From: Octopus sinensis
Taxonomy: Eukaryota
NCBI RefSeq assembly: GCF_006345805.1
Contig: NC_042997.1
Location: 23,188,001-23,252,000, forward strand
Length of the DNA stretch: 64,000 nt
Reading direction: 5' to 3'
A program made the position numbers and the translations under genes. The notes under the pieces were generated by a model. The model was not told the origin of the DNA. It searched no databases and worked only from the letters and a program-made list of their open reading frames with translations. Positions within the stretch are counted from its first letter, which is position 1. Each line of letters opens with the position of its first letter. Shown here one piece after another: positions 1 to 11,400 of the stretch.

Positions 1-75
1 CAAGGTCAGCTAGGCATGGTTTTTACAGTTGGATGCCCTTTCAAACACCGACCACTTTATATATACATATATATA

Positions 76-1100
76 TTGGGTCATCCCATAAAAAATGTGT
101 ATTTTTATACGTTTTTTATTTTTCAAAATTTAGATAAACTAAGTTCTTTTTTAATCTAAAATATACTCTCCTTCATTTTCTACAATGCTCTTCCATCTAT
201 CTGGTAGACTTGGAAGGCCCCTCTTCCCAAATTCTCCTCCAGTACTGTGCTCACCTTGTTTACAGAATTCATATTTTTTCCATCCAAATGATTTTGAAGA
301 CAGCACAATAAATGATAATCAAATGGAGCAATGTCTGGTGAATATGGTGGGTGGGGCATCGTTTCCCATTCAAACTGCTCCAGCCTTTGGAATGTCATCT
401 TTGTTGTATGTGGCTGAGCATTATCCTGATGGTAGAACACATTTTATCTTGAAACCAAAGATGGTCCTTTTTTTTATAGTACTGACTTAAGCTGCTCACA
501 GTGGATCTCCTTTGTTATTGTTTGGTTTGGGTTTAAAAGTTCAAATTGAACTAAACCTTTCATATCCTAACAAACAGATAACAACACCTTACATGGGTGA
601 AGACCTTCTTTAGCCTGGGGTGCAGATGTTTCTCCTTTCCCTACCCACTGTTTTCAGTGCTTGACATTTTTATAGAGAACCTATTTCTTGTCACCACTCA
701 CTATTTGGTCCAAAAAGGGTTCATTTGTGATTAGACTTGGGAACTTTTGTGAAAAACCCGTTGACCCAATTTACTGACTTTTCTGATAACATGCAGGTGT
801 CATTGAATTGTTGAATGACCAAATCCAAGCTTCTCTGCTAGTTCCTCAACAATTACAGTGGGATTTTGTTCCACTAGGGTTTGCAGGACATCCTCATCGA
901 GGCTTGTCTTCTAGGCTGTAGTTTCCAGCTCAAAATTTCTGGAAAAACTATTGACACTGGCTTATGCTTATTGTCTGATCCCCATATACTGCATTAGTAT
1001 TTCTCACACTTTCTGTTGTGCTCATAATGCAAAATATGGCAAATATGCTCCTTTGTTACTTCCATTATAGCTTTGAAAAAATAACTGTTAAAATCAAATT
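76..1100 (-). mobile_element. Degraded Tc1/mariner element
   Basis: Start MEVTKEHICHILHYE at 1065; C-terminal QDNAQPH and HPPYSPDIAPFDYHL (ORF 180-440); TA followed by a TIR-like ttgggtcatcccata at 76; interior broken, second TIR not found. Confidence 0.85.
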
Positions 1101-1239
1101 GCACTCTTCACAAAGAATAAGGACAAGGTAAAACTACTAACTGTTTTTATAGCAAGTTGATGCAGGTACTCTATCCCATTCCCCTCCAACTTCTTTGTAA
1201 TCTTTTTGTCCTGTTTCTTCTGCCATCCTATTCATTAAC

Positions 1240-2170
1240 CGACATTCTAAACAATTCATTTGCACGTTTTCACATTTAAATGACAGATATATGTAAATAA
1301 AGCTTGCTATTTGTAAATAGTCTCATTTTGGTTTAAATATTAGACCACAAACAACTGTATTCATTTCTGCATTTTCACACGTTTGTAATCGGCAAAAAAA
1401 ATCGATATCACTAACTTTAGTTAACTGTAATCAACCACGTGCATTCGTGGTCAAATGTGTTCTTACAGCTGTTTTTTGTGTAATAAACCAGCTGACATGA
1501 AAAACTACTGGGAAAAGGCAGCTACTTTAAGTGAACAAAAAAGTGAAAATAAAGCAGATAAATAACTGGTGATTACTCAATTTTCTGAAGATGTTCTCAA
1601 CAAAATTCAATTGAAAGTAGAAAAGACTAATTGATTGCTTATAAAATGTGGAAAATTTGGGGGTTTACATCTAAAACCTTGCCTAACGTTTCTCATCCAA
1701 CTTAAGAAAATAAGTGGTATTGTTCAAATTTTGTGATAAAATTGATTTGCAAAGAACATGCCTTATGTTATTTTATTGCACATTGTGTTATTTCACCCCC
1801 GAGTTTCAAATCTTTTTGAGCAAAGAGAGACTTCCCTAAGCATTTTTGCACCTTTATTGAGTAGCAGTTTCTGTTTGCCTGTCCATCGGGTGGTTAAAAC
1901 TTCCAATTATAATTTTATTCGAAACTAATGTTACTTATCCCGCATTTCTTACCACTACGTCAGTGAAAATCAAAATAAAATACGTAAAGCAAGTCATCAA
2001 ATGCAAAAGCCAAAGAACTGTTTATTGCTTAAATATCACTTACAATATTCCTTTTGGAAATAAAACACCGTTCAGTTTGACATATAGGTGTCAACCTGTG
2101 GTATATTTTTTTGCTATTGTAGGATCATTAAAGATTCTTTCGACCTCAGTGGTAGATTTATCTTTGTAGT
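1240..2170 (-). promoter_or_regulatory. Candidate promoter / non-coding first exon of a neighbouring gene running off the left edge
   Basis: About 16 CpG in ~0.9 kb of non-repeat DNA versus ~3-4 per kb nearby; CACGTG, two CAGCTG, ATCGATA, ACGTCA; minus-strand donors GTAAGT (2043) and GTAAGA (1952). No ORF support. Confidence 0.3.
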
Positions 2171-2188
2171 TGGCTTACTGAGTTGAAT

Positions 2189-2490
2189 TATTTATTCAGA
2201 TTCATTTCGTGGCCGTTGCCAGCGCCGCCCCGACTGGCCTCCGTGCCAGTGGCACGTAAAAAGCACCAACCGATCATGGCCATTGCCAGCCTCGCCTGGC
2301 ACTGTGCCGGTGGCATGTAAAAAGCACCCACAACACTCACGGAGTGGTTGGCGTTAGGAAGGGCATCCAACTGTAGAAACTCTGCCAGATCAGACTGGGC
2401 CCGGTGCAGCCTCTAGGCTTCCCAGACCCCAGTCAAACCGTCCAACCCATGCTAGCATGGAAAGCGGACGTTAAACGATGATGATGATTA
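2189..2490 (+). mobile_element. RTE LINE 3' end fragment with (GAT)n tail
   Basis: gtgcc.gtggcacgtaaaaagcacc units, ttggcgttaggaagggcatcc, ends aaacgatgatgatgat; same sequence as the 3' UTR of the RTE at 24921. Confidence 0.9.
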
Positions 2491-3477
2491 TAACTATCAT
2501 AATTGTAAAAGTTTCAAAGATAAAACTTTGTTGTATTCTTTAGGCATGAATTTAATAATCTAATTCAATATTAACGGGTATGATGCTGTTATTTACAATT
2601 TACAAGAAACAATTTATTAATAAAAACAACAGGAATCCATTTTAATTTAAACTTTATTCAAATCAATAAAATTTCATTAAATTATTAAAAGAAATTAAAC
2701 AACTTGAACAGAACCATAAAACTGAGGATATTTGTTGCTTTTCTTTAAACATATAAATCAGCCACAAATCCTACAGAAATATTGACATTTGGCATTCTAT
2801 TCCTTTGATTTATTTCAGGAAAAGACACACCAGCTTTCCTTAATGATTTAGATCACAGTATAATAGACATGAATTTCATCAGCCCCATAAACTGAAGCCA
2901 AAATAACCATTAGAAAACTCATATTCTCAAGTATAAAGTAATGTTATATCAATAAGTCAGAATTCCAATATATAATAGCTATTGAAATATATAATAGGAC
3001 ATATTTATATGTCAAAAACAAAAAGTAACCAGCTTGTTTAAACAGTAATTAAGAAGTTTCAATTTGGAAAAATAAATAAATAAGAGGAAAATTCTTCCCC
3101 AGAAAGAGCTTACGAGTGAATATTACATAATACTACCCAGGGAGCTTGAAATGTGTCACCTCTATACTGCCAAAGTAAATTAAAAAAAGCTTCAGAAATT
3201 TAATAGGTAACTTTATTACAAACTTTTGAATTCTCAGAAATATGATCAAACATGATGATAATTTCTTTGGATTTTCTATCCAGTTTAGTAATAAAACCCA
3301 AACATGAACACTAACGCTCTTAGGTACCATATCTAAATACCAAAATTCTTTTTGAACATCAAATATACCTAAAACATTAGAATATTGTAACAATCTGATA
3401 GTTGTATCCATCAATAAAAAAAAATTAATTTGAAAAATGTCACCAGGTAAAAAAACCACTGACAAAAGAAATATTGG

Positions 3478-3692
3478 TTTCAAATTTTTGGCACAAGGCC
3501 AGCAATTTTGGGGGAGGGATCAAGTTGATTCGATCGACCCCCCCCCACTGTTCAACTGGTACTTATTTTATCACCCTCGAAAGGATGAAAGGCAAAGTTG
3601 ACCTCAGCAGAATTTGAACTCAGAATGTAAAGACGAAATGCCACTAAGCAGATTGCTCAGCATGCTAACGATTCTGCCAGCTCACTGTCTTA
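3478..3692 (-). mobile_element. tRNA-derived SINE, Meta/MESC-domain-like family
   Basis: Minus strand gagctggcagaatcgttagc (A box) ... gagttcaaattc (B box) ... ctttcatcctttcg...gataaaataagtacc. Confidence 0.85.
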
Positions 3693-5002
3693 CTGACATA
3701 ATTAATATTGATTTCTTCTGACTAGGCACAAAGTCAATTTTGATAGAGAAAGGATGTAGTCAACTGGATTGGTCCAATATGATATTGATACATATTGTGT
3801 ATTTGATTTTTTATCAGCTCAAGAAGTATGGAAGTCAAAGTTCCTAGCACATCTTGAACTCAGATAAGTGAAATACCAAACTAATTAAGATAAAACATCA
3901 AGTCAGGAGCTATTGTGTCTCATCTGTCTCAACCACAGTTAGTGTTTCTAAGTAGTGGTATAAAAAAAATACAATGTTATGCTGATAGTTTTAAATTCAA
4001 TGCTTAGAAAACTGAAATGTTATTGAAAACAGTCAACACATTATCACTTACATTTTCACAAATAAAAATGTCTATAAAAACATCACAGACACTCCCATAT
4101 ATGTATAAACAAACTAGCACTCTCAAACTTACGAGCCCTGGAATTACCTTGGCTCAAACAAAGAAGCCTTACACTCTGTTAGTGACTGGCTTGAATTCTG
4201 CATAGAATAATTTAAATAAACCATGGGAAAAATACACACACACATACTACATATACATATATAGTTGCTACAACAAACATTGTCATCTGAAAGAACTCTC
4301 CTGAAACAAATATAAAAATATTTCTGATGTTGAAAACACCCATATATTCCAATGTAAGGTATATTAATGGAACACTTCCATCAAAACTTTTACTAAATGC
4401 CTAATTTAGCTGTTTGGAGCAGTCAAGAAAAAAAAAACTATGTCCAGTTTGTGGAAGTTGGCTGCCTAGAAGATGTGGACATTTCATTCAAAATTAAAAA
4501 GAAAGAAGATATTTATAGTCAACTGCTTTGAACCCTACAACTTCTCTATCCAAATTATAAGTTTACATTTGTACCAATCACTGGTGTGCTTGACAAAGTG
4601 ATAGTGTGGGAAAAACTGAGGTTTTCAGACTAAAATAGAGACCCTCTCACTTGTATTCTGTAAATTCGATCTGTAAGTAGAACAAAGTTTTTTTTCTGAA
4701 ATCCAGTATATAACTCTACAGTTGCTTTGTCATCAAAATTCCAATGATGGAGCTTTGTTTTTAGTTAGAAACTAATGCCTTCTTTATAGGAAAAATTCAA
4801 AGAGGTAAAAAAAAAGCATGTATACGCATGCATCATACATACATACAAACATACAGAAATAAATAACATGAAAGAATACTCATGGAATGTTCCTGTGAAA
4901 ATCTCAGTAAAATGTAGATCAGATATAAGGATTTGTGACAGACAAGAGAAAAGTGCAGCAGTGGAAATCAGTTGCACAGCAACATCAAATTTTTTCATCT
5001 TT

Positions 5003-5372
5003 AACTCGTTTCAGTCATTGGACTGTGGCCATGCTGGGGCACTGCTTTGATGGGTTTAGTTGAATTGAACCCAGTATTTACTTTTTAAGTCTGGTACTTA
5101 TTCTATCAGTCTCTTTTGCTGAAACTGCTAAGTTATGGGGGATGTAAGCACCGATTGACAAGAGTTGAGGGCAGGGGGAGACAACCAAACATTTATGTAC
5201 ACACATACATACACAATGGGCTTTCACATCATTTCAGTCAACCAAATTCACTCGTAAGGCATTAGTAAGCCCAGGAGTATAGTAGAAGACACTTGCCCAA
5301 GATGCTGTGCAAGGACTGAGCATGAAACTATATGGTTGCAAAGCAAGCTTCTTAATCACACTGATATACCTG
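5003..5372 (-). mobile_element. tRNA-derived SINE with CORE-like domain, degraded
   Basis: cttgggcaagtgtcttcta CORE-like motif; same layout as 34318-34735. Confidence 0.8.
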
Positions 5373-7733
5373 TAAAAAACAAAACATATGACAAACTAAG
5401 GAGGAATCTGTACATAATATACCTTGATGATAGCTTTAATGTTATACGTGTAATTATTGGGACACTTCAATGTGTAACTATCTCGGTATCAATTTTGAGA
5501 AGATGGACTTCATAAAACCAGAAAGAACATGGTTAAGTAGGAAATAAATATTACAAGCCATTAATAGAACTGTGAAAACCTGTAACAAATGCAAATCCAC
5601 ATTTGTAGACATACAAACATATGCATATGTAAACATAACTAGACCAAAATATACAGATGCAATGGCATTCATACTTATACATACAATATGTATGTACGAC
5701 CATCTAAATGTCTAAATTCCAAAGACAGAACCTTGTTTTTAGGTTAGTAATCAACACTTTTACACTTGCAGAGAAATTTAAAAAATAAAATCAGATCATT
5801 CACAGATTCATGAAAATACATGTCCATACACATATAAGAATATTTCAACAGACTTAAAAAATATGTAAGTCAGAGGTTTTCTCTCACAAGATAATATCCT
5901 ACAATGCATTTGCAGTACAATTTATAGTATCAACAATCGGAATACTTGTGTGGACTAGAGGAAATTTTCTCCATTGATATTAAACCTGCATGATCCTGAC
6001 ATCAATTAGAAGCTTCCAGGGAAATAGTGAAATCGACAGGCTCTATTCCAAAAGGAAAGAAGAGTGACTTCCAATCAATCTAGATAACTACTGAGTCCCA
6101 TATGGTACCATTAAGTTACTATCTACTTAACATCATTAGTAAAAAGAAATACATTAACTAAGGGCTCAAAAGTGAAGCAAACACAACTTTACAAGTTGGG
6201 TGTAAACTCCCTAAAAATACTCAGCTTTTAATGACATTCCATGCAACCTGAGAACTGATGCATCTCAACAAAGACCTGGAGGAGAAACCCTCAGCACACC
6301 AAAAAATTGTTATGAATAGGTAGATTTACTGTAAACTTGAAAGGATTATTCTAATTTTGACATGATATGTAACCTTTTTTTTAGCTTGTAGCCATTAGAT
6401 CATGTTTGAAGGTTATGCTTTTACAATCCCAAATCAAGAAATAACAAGAAAACATGCGTAAAATAACAGAGACAGTGAATGCTTAAAACCCCAAAAGTGT
6501 TATGTCACATATCTGTGGCTGATAATATGCATCTGACAAACAACTGCTCCAATATATTAACAAACATTACTTTCTGGTTCAGGTATGATAATATTGCTAA
6601 AACAATATAGTGACATCAATAGGAAAGATCGCTCTGGTATAAATATAAAAATTATTTGTTGTTGAGTACTTACATACATTTCAATACAAGGAATATTGGT
6701 GGGTTCTATCAAAACTTCCATCAAATGCAAACATAACAGGCTTAATATAGTTGTTTGAGAAAGGAATGAAAAATTATGTACTATTATCAAGGTTGCAGTT
6801 ATTAACTCTTATTTCAAAATTCTAAGAAAAAGAATATTTATGATCAACTATTTCAACACATACATCATCTTTACCTAAATTATAGAATTACATTTATTTC
6901 CATCATCATAAGTTTACTTGGTAGTAATCTCAGAAATTACACTTTGTAAATTCAAAATATAATTTTCTTAACTTCAACATATTGTTATCTAAATATTAGA
7001 AATAGAGCATTTGATTTTTTGTAAGAAATCAGTCTCTTTTTTTAAGGAAAATTCAAAGAATTGCAATAGAAACTTCACTCACAAGCATACATTGCATGCA
7101 CCTATACATGTATATATGTGTTAAATACATACACTGCATGTATGTATGTATATATGTCTGTATCTAGCTATATATATATATATACATACCAATACAGCTT
7201 TTCAGTAATACATGCCCAATTAAATAAGAAATTTAGATGCTTTATAACATACTTTCCATTACACAGAGTAATTAGACATGTTTGTGATAGGGACAACAAT
7301 AAAATAAAGTTAGAGAAAGAATAAGTGCGTAGAGAATATTAGAGGTTTGCTTATCTAATCTTTTTACATTATTGTAATATGCACTGTATGATAGCAACAC
7401 TAAAAAAAAAAAGACAGAAGAGATAGAAATAGCAGGAGACATTCTTATATAGGGATCATCATTTTTAATAACTTAATGATAAAATTTTTCATTTACTCCA
7501 TAACCAATAACAGTAGTTATTGCAACATAACTGTTAGATTATAACTGAATAATTCCTGCAGAAGCAGGTTGTCGCATTCTGTAATTGGATAACATTTGTG
7601 TTAAAAGAGAAAGGTTCTTTAAATCATTATAATTCTTTCATAAAGTGTAACTGTGTTAGTCAATGCAAATTATTTCTTCTGAAATTCCTTGGAATTGATT
7701 GTAAGATATTCAACTCAATTGGAGAAAACATTA

Positions 7734-7734
7734 A

Positions 7735-7796
<62 letters not shown>

Positions 7797-7804
7797 ATAT
7801 ATAT
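7734..7804. repeat. Interrupted (TA)n microsatellite
   Basis: Directly visible. Confidence 0.95.
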
Positions 7805-8162
7805 TTGCAAAGTGTCTATGATCATCTATACGCATACATACAGCCACAATCAGAAAGAACAATTAAAAAAAAAACTACTAATATACGAAGGATTTCTACT
7901 GAAGTATTTTGTAAATAAATACAACACTGGTTGAGAAAAAAATAAAAAATTAGAGATAAATTATGTCCAATTATCTGCCATAGTTGTCCCATCTTTGACC
8001 ATCCCTTCAGACATATTTCTGCCCAAATCAAATCCAATTTAAAATGGACAAAATATTTTACAAGGAGAATGTCACAGTATTGTGGAAAATGAGGCAAACA
8101 TTTCAATAATCTTCCTCTCTTTTTACTCTCCCAATTTCCCACTGATCCTCTGAGCTTTCCCC

Positions 8163-8473
8163 TCAAACTTTTGGCTTGCTCCGATCATTTACCTTGACAC
8201 TCTTTAAACCACCCTTACTGAAGCCGCAGATGGAATTCAACAGAGCAGTACGGTCGTTAGAAGGTGCTGCAGTTGCAGTAGTAGATTTATTTGAAGCAGC
8301 AGGTGGAGGTGGAGGAGGAGCTGGTGGTGGAGGAGCATTAGAGCTTTTAGCAACTGGCACAGTTGATGACATCAGTGGTGGTGGTGGTGGAGGTGGCGGC
8401 GGCGGCGACTGTATTGATGGTGCTGCCGGTGCAAAGTTTGTACCAGGCACACCAGCAGATGCCGTTCCATTGC
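8163..8473 (-). CDS. PXK: PXK last coding exon: two polyproline tracts and a C-terminal WH2 motif ([30 protein letters not shown])
   Basis: ctattttgtag|GC AAT; TGA ends at 8163; WH2 pattern R.ALL.SI..F.KG.LK.....DRS.P. Confidence 0.93.
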
Positions 8474-11400
8474 CTACAAAATAGATAAATAAATAAAACA
8501 AAATTTAGTAAAAATACGTCATTACATGAAAGCATCTACAAACTAAATATCGATTTCATATTTTGGCACAAGGCCAGCAATTTTGGGGGAGGGGATAAGT
8601 TGATTACATTGATCCCAGTACTCAACTGGTACTTATTTTATCAACCCTGAAAGGATGAAAGCCAAAGTCAACCTCAGTAGAATTTGAACTCAGAACATAA
8701 AGACAGACAAAATACCACTAAGCATTTTGCCCAATGTGCTAATGATTCTGCCAGCTCACTGCCTTTTCTTCAACCAAATATTAAAACAAAGAATATTGGA
8801 AATCTTTAAGGAAACTTTACCTTAGAATTAACTATAAACAAAATATATTGTTATAGATAAACTAATTTAATAGTGAGATAATGAAACTACTTTTCTGGTA
8901 AACCACCCAAATCGAATTCCAAAATGTTATTTTAAATCTTGCTAAATGCTCTCTATGGTTTTCAAATACAGCACTCCTACCCCTCAAAAAAACCCCAGTA
9001 AAACCCAAATGACAGCTAAGACATGATTATTTGATACTTCTATAAAAGTACTAGTATGTTTGACCTTATCAAACTAATATTACTATAACCATGACTAGAT
9101 ATAAAGTTGTTGTTGACACTAAATGAATGGAATTAGGTTCTTAAAGCATTGACCAGCCATTACTTCAACAGCTAATACTGATGTTTGAATTTTGAGAAAT
9201 TTTAATTGTATTTCAGATATCAACTTTCTTCCGGCTCTGAATGCTTTTGTTCCTGATAGCCTAGGTCAGCTAAGCTTCAGCACACTTAGTGACCATAGGC
9301 TTCCGATTAAGAGAAGCTCATAAGTTCAGCAATTCAAGGCATACAGATATTAAATGTTACTGAACTATATTTAGCTCAATCAGCATTTGATCAGTAACCA
9401 ACCTCAAAGTAAATTAGTTCACTGTAGTGACCTACTAAAACAGACACCCTTACATTAGATGATAAAACTCATGTAAGTAAGGAAAATGTTATGAAGACAA
9501 TCTTAGCAGCCAAATTTCTTTTCAAGAAACTTTCCAACCGCTTTCCTAAATAACTTCAAATTTTTTAATATAATCTTCTCCCATCAACTTATGTTGGGTA
9601 TGATAAAAGATATGCACATAATCCATTAATCTGTGTGACACTGCTCCTTATTTACGTCAAAGATAATATCTAGTTCACTGTTCCTCACAGGAAAACTATG
9701 GCTGTTGTGAGTTTAAATACAGAACAAAAAATGAAGTTTAATCCAAAGATTATTATTTGGCCGCAAGTCAATTCTGACTGGGCAGACCTATGATCAAAAT
9801 CAATTCAACAGTGACCATCCCCTTAGTCTTTTGTTTAGAAGTATTTAAGACTACATTATTTCATATGTCATTCTTTTGAATGTGATTTAAGGAAAATTGA
9901 TTGCTATTTCTTGCAGTTCAAGAGAATATGTAAAGACACCCTGTTAACTTGTTTAATCCCTATCTTATCAGTTTTCTGGATATAGGATCTTCATTCAAGC
10001 ATTCAATGAATGACCTCTGAAGTCAACACAAGATATAAAGAAAAAAAAGCATTTTCCTTTAAATTCTAAGAAATTTAAAGTTTTCTATACAACCTTATGT
10101 TTAAGAAAGAACAAAAGTTTATTAAATCAGAAAGAAGTTTTAATGCGAGGTTTCTAAAGATTATTCTTTGACATAATAACCATTTTCTAATTAGACTTTT
10201 TTTCTACAGAACTTGTATATATTGTTTCTGAAATTAGCCAAAGCTCCTTCAACAAATGATATACTTGTAGTCACTTACACCTATTCATTTTTTTTTTTTT
10301 TGGTTGACATTTCCAAGAAAGATAGAAACAGGAAATTATAGAAAAAATAAAGTGGAAAACTGAGATCAAATTACTTACCTTACCCCTACTTATTTCTTAA
10401 AGATTTATAAGAAAGATAAAAGAAACAGTGAAATAACTTTAAAAGATCAACAGTTAAAATACAATAAAAGTACTTCGATTTACTGTAAATAACACATATG
10501 AGCTTGTTGGTGGAACTAGTAGTATATTTCTGATACAAGTTGTATTTACAAGTATCTGAAAACTTTGTGTTAGCGTCATCAAATTCTAAAAAAAAAGTGA
10601 TAACATGATAATGAAAACAGGAATTTATAGCCAGAGTGGGAGGTATGTTTTGCATCCCTCATTGAAGAAATTAAACCTTTCTTTATGTTTTATTTGTCAT
10701 GTGTCACTCTGTCATCACAAAAGCCAATAACTTGAACCATCACTATCAAGCAAATATAAAAAAAAATTTCATTTGGTGATCTACCTAAATCAGAATTAGA
10801 GAAAAACGAAGTTGTGCTAAAATCATCACTAAACAGCCAACAGACTCTATCAACAATGTTTAATAAGGAAGCTGTTACTACAACTGAAGTTAGTTTTGTT
10901 GTCAGTGACTAGTGCTCATGCTATGTGCCCATATTCTGACAATAAATTTAAGAATATAACTGAAGATGTTGCAGTATTATATCTTCATTGATTAATAGCA
11001 CAAATACCAATTTCATGCTATACAGGTGTATCTCTCAGATCAGTGCTGATGTTACAGACAAAATGCAAAATTATTAAAAAAAATTTCCTTGTATTCAGTT
11101 AAGCTCTTGACAAATCTAGACATATAAGACAACCCACAACTGGCAGTTTTTGTCCATTGTTTCCTCTGAAAGAGATGTTGGACTTTGTATCATTAAAAGA
11201 AACAATTTATGATGTTGAAATTAAATATATATTTGATAGAGTCTTAACAAATATTGTTGTTCCCCTGTGTAAACTCATCTTTGTTGCAACAGTGAGAGGA
11301 GATGCAACGATGGGGGAAATATTGGATTCATTACACTCATACAAAGTGATTCCTGTCTTGCCAGAGTTTCTCATTGTTCACAGCATTATTTACTATGAAC

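Noticed and set aside
3133-3483. 116-aa minus-strand ORF downstream of PXK
   Set aside because: No recognisable motif, composition typical of AT-rich noise, starts inside a SINE edge, no supporting splice structure.
8176-8484. 102-aa Gly/Ala-rich plus-strand ORF
   Set aside because: Antisense shadow of the Pro-rich PXK last exon.
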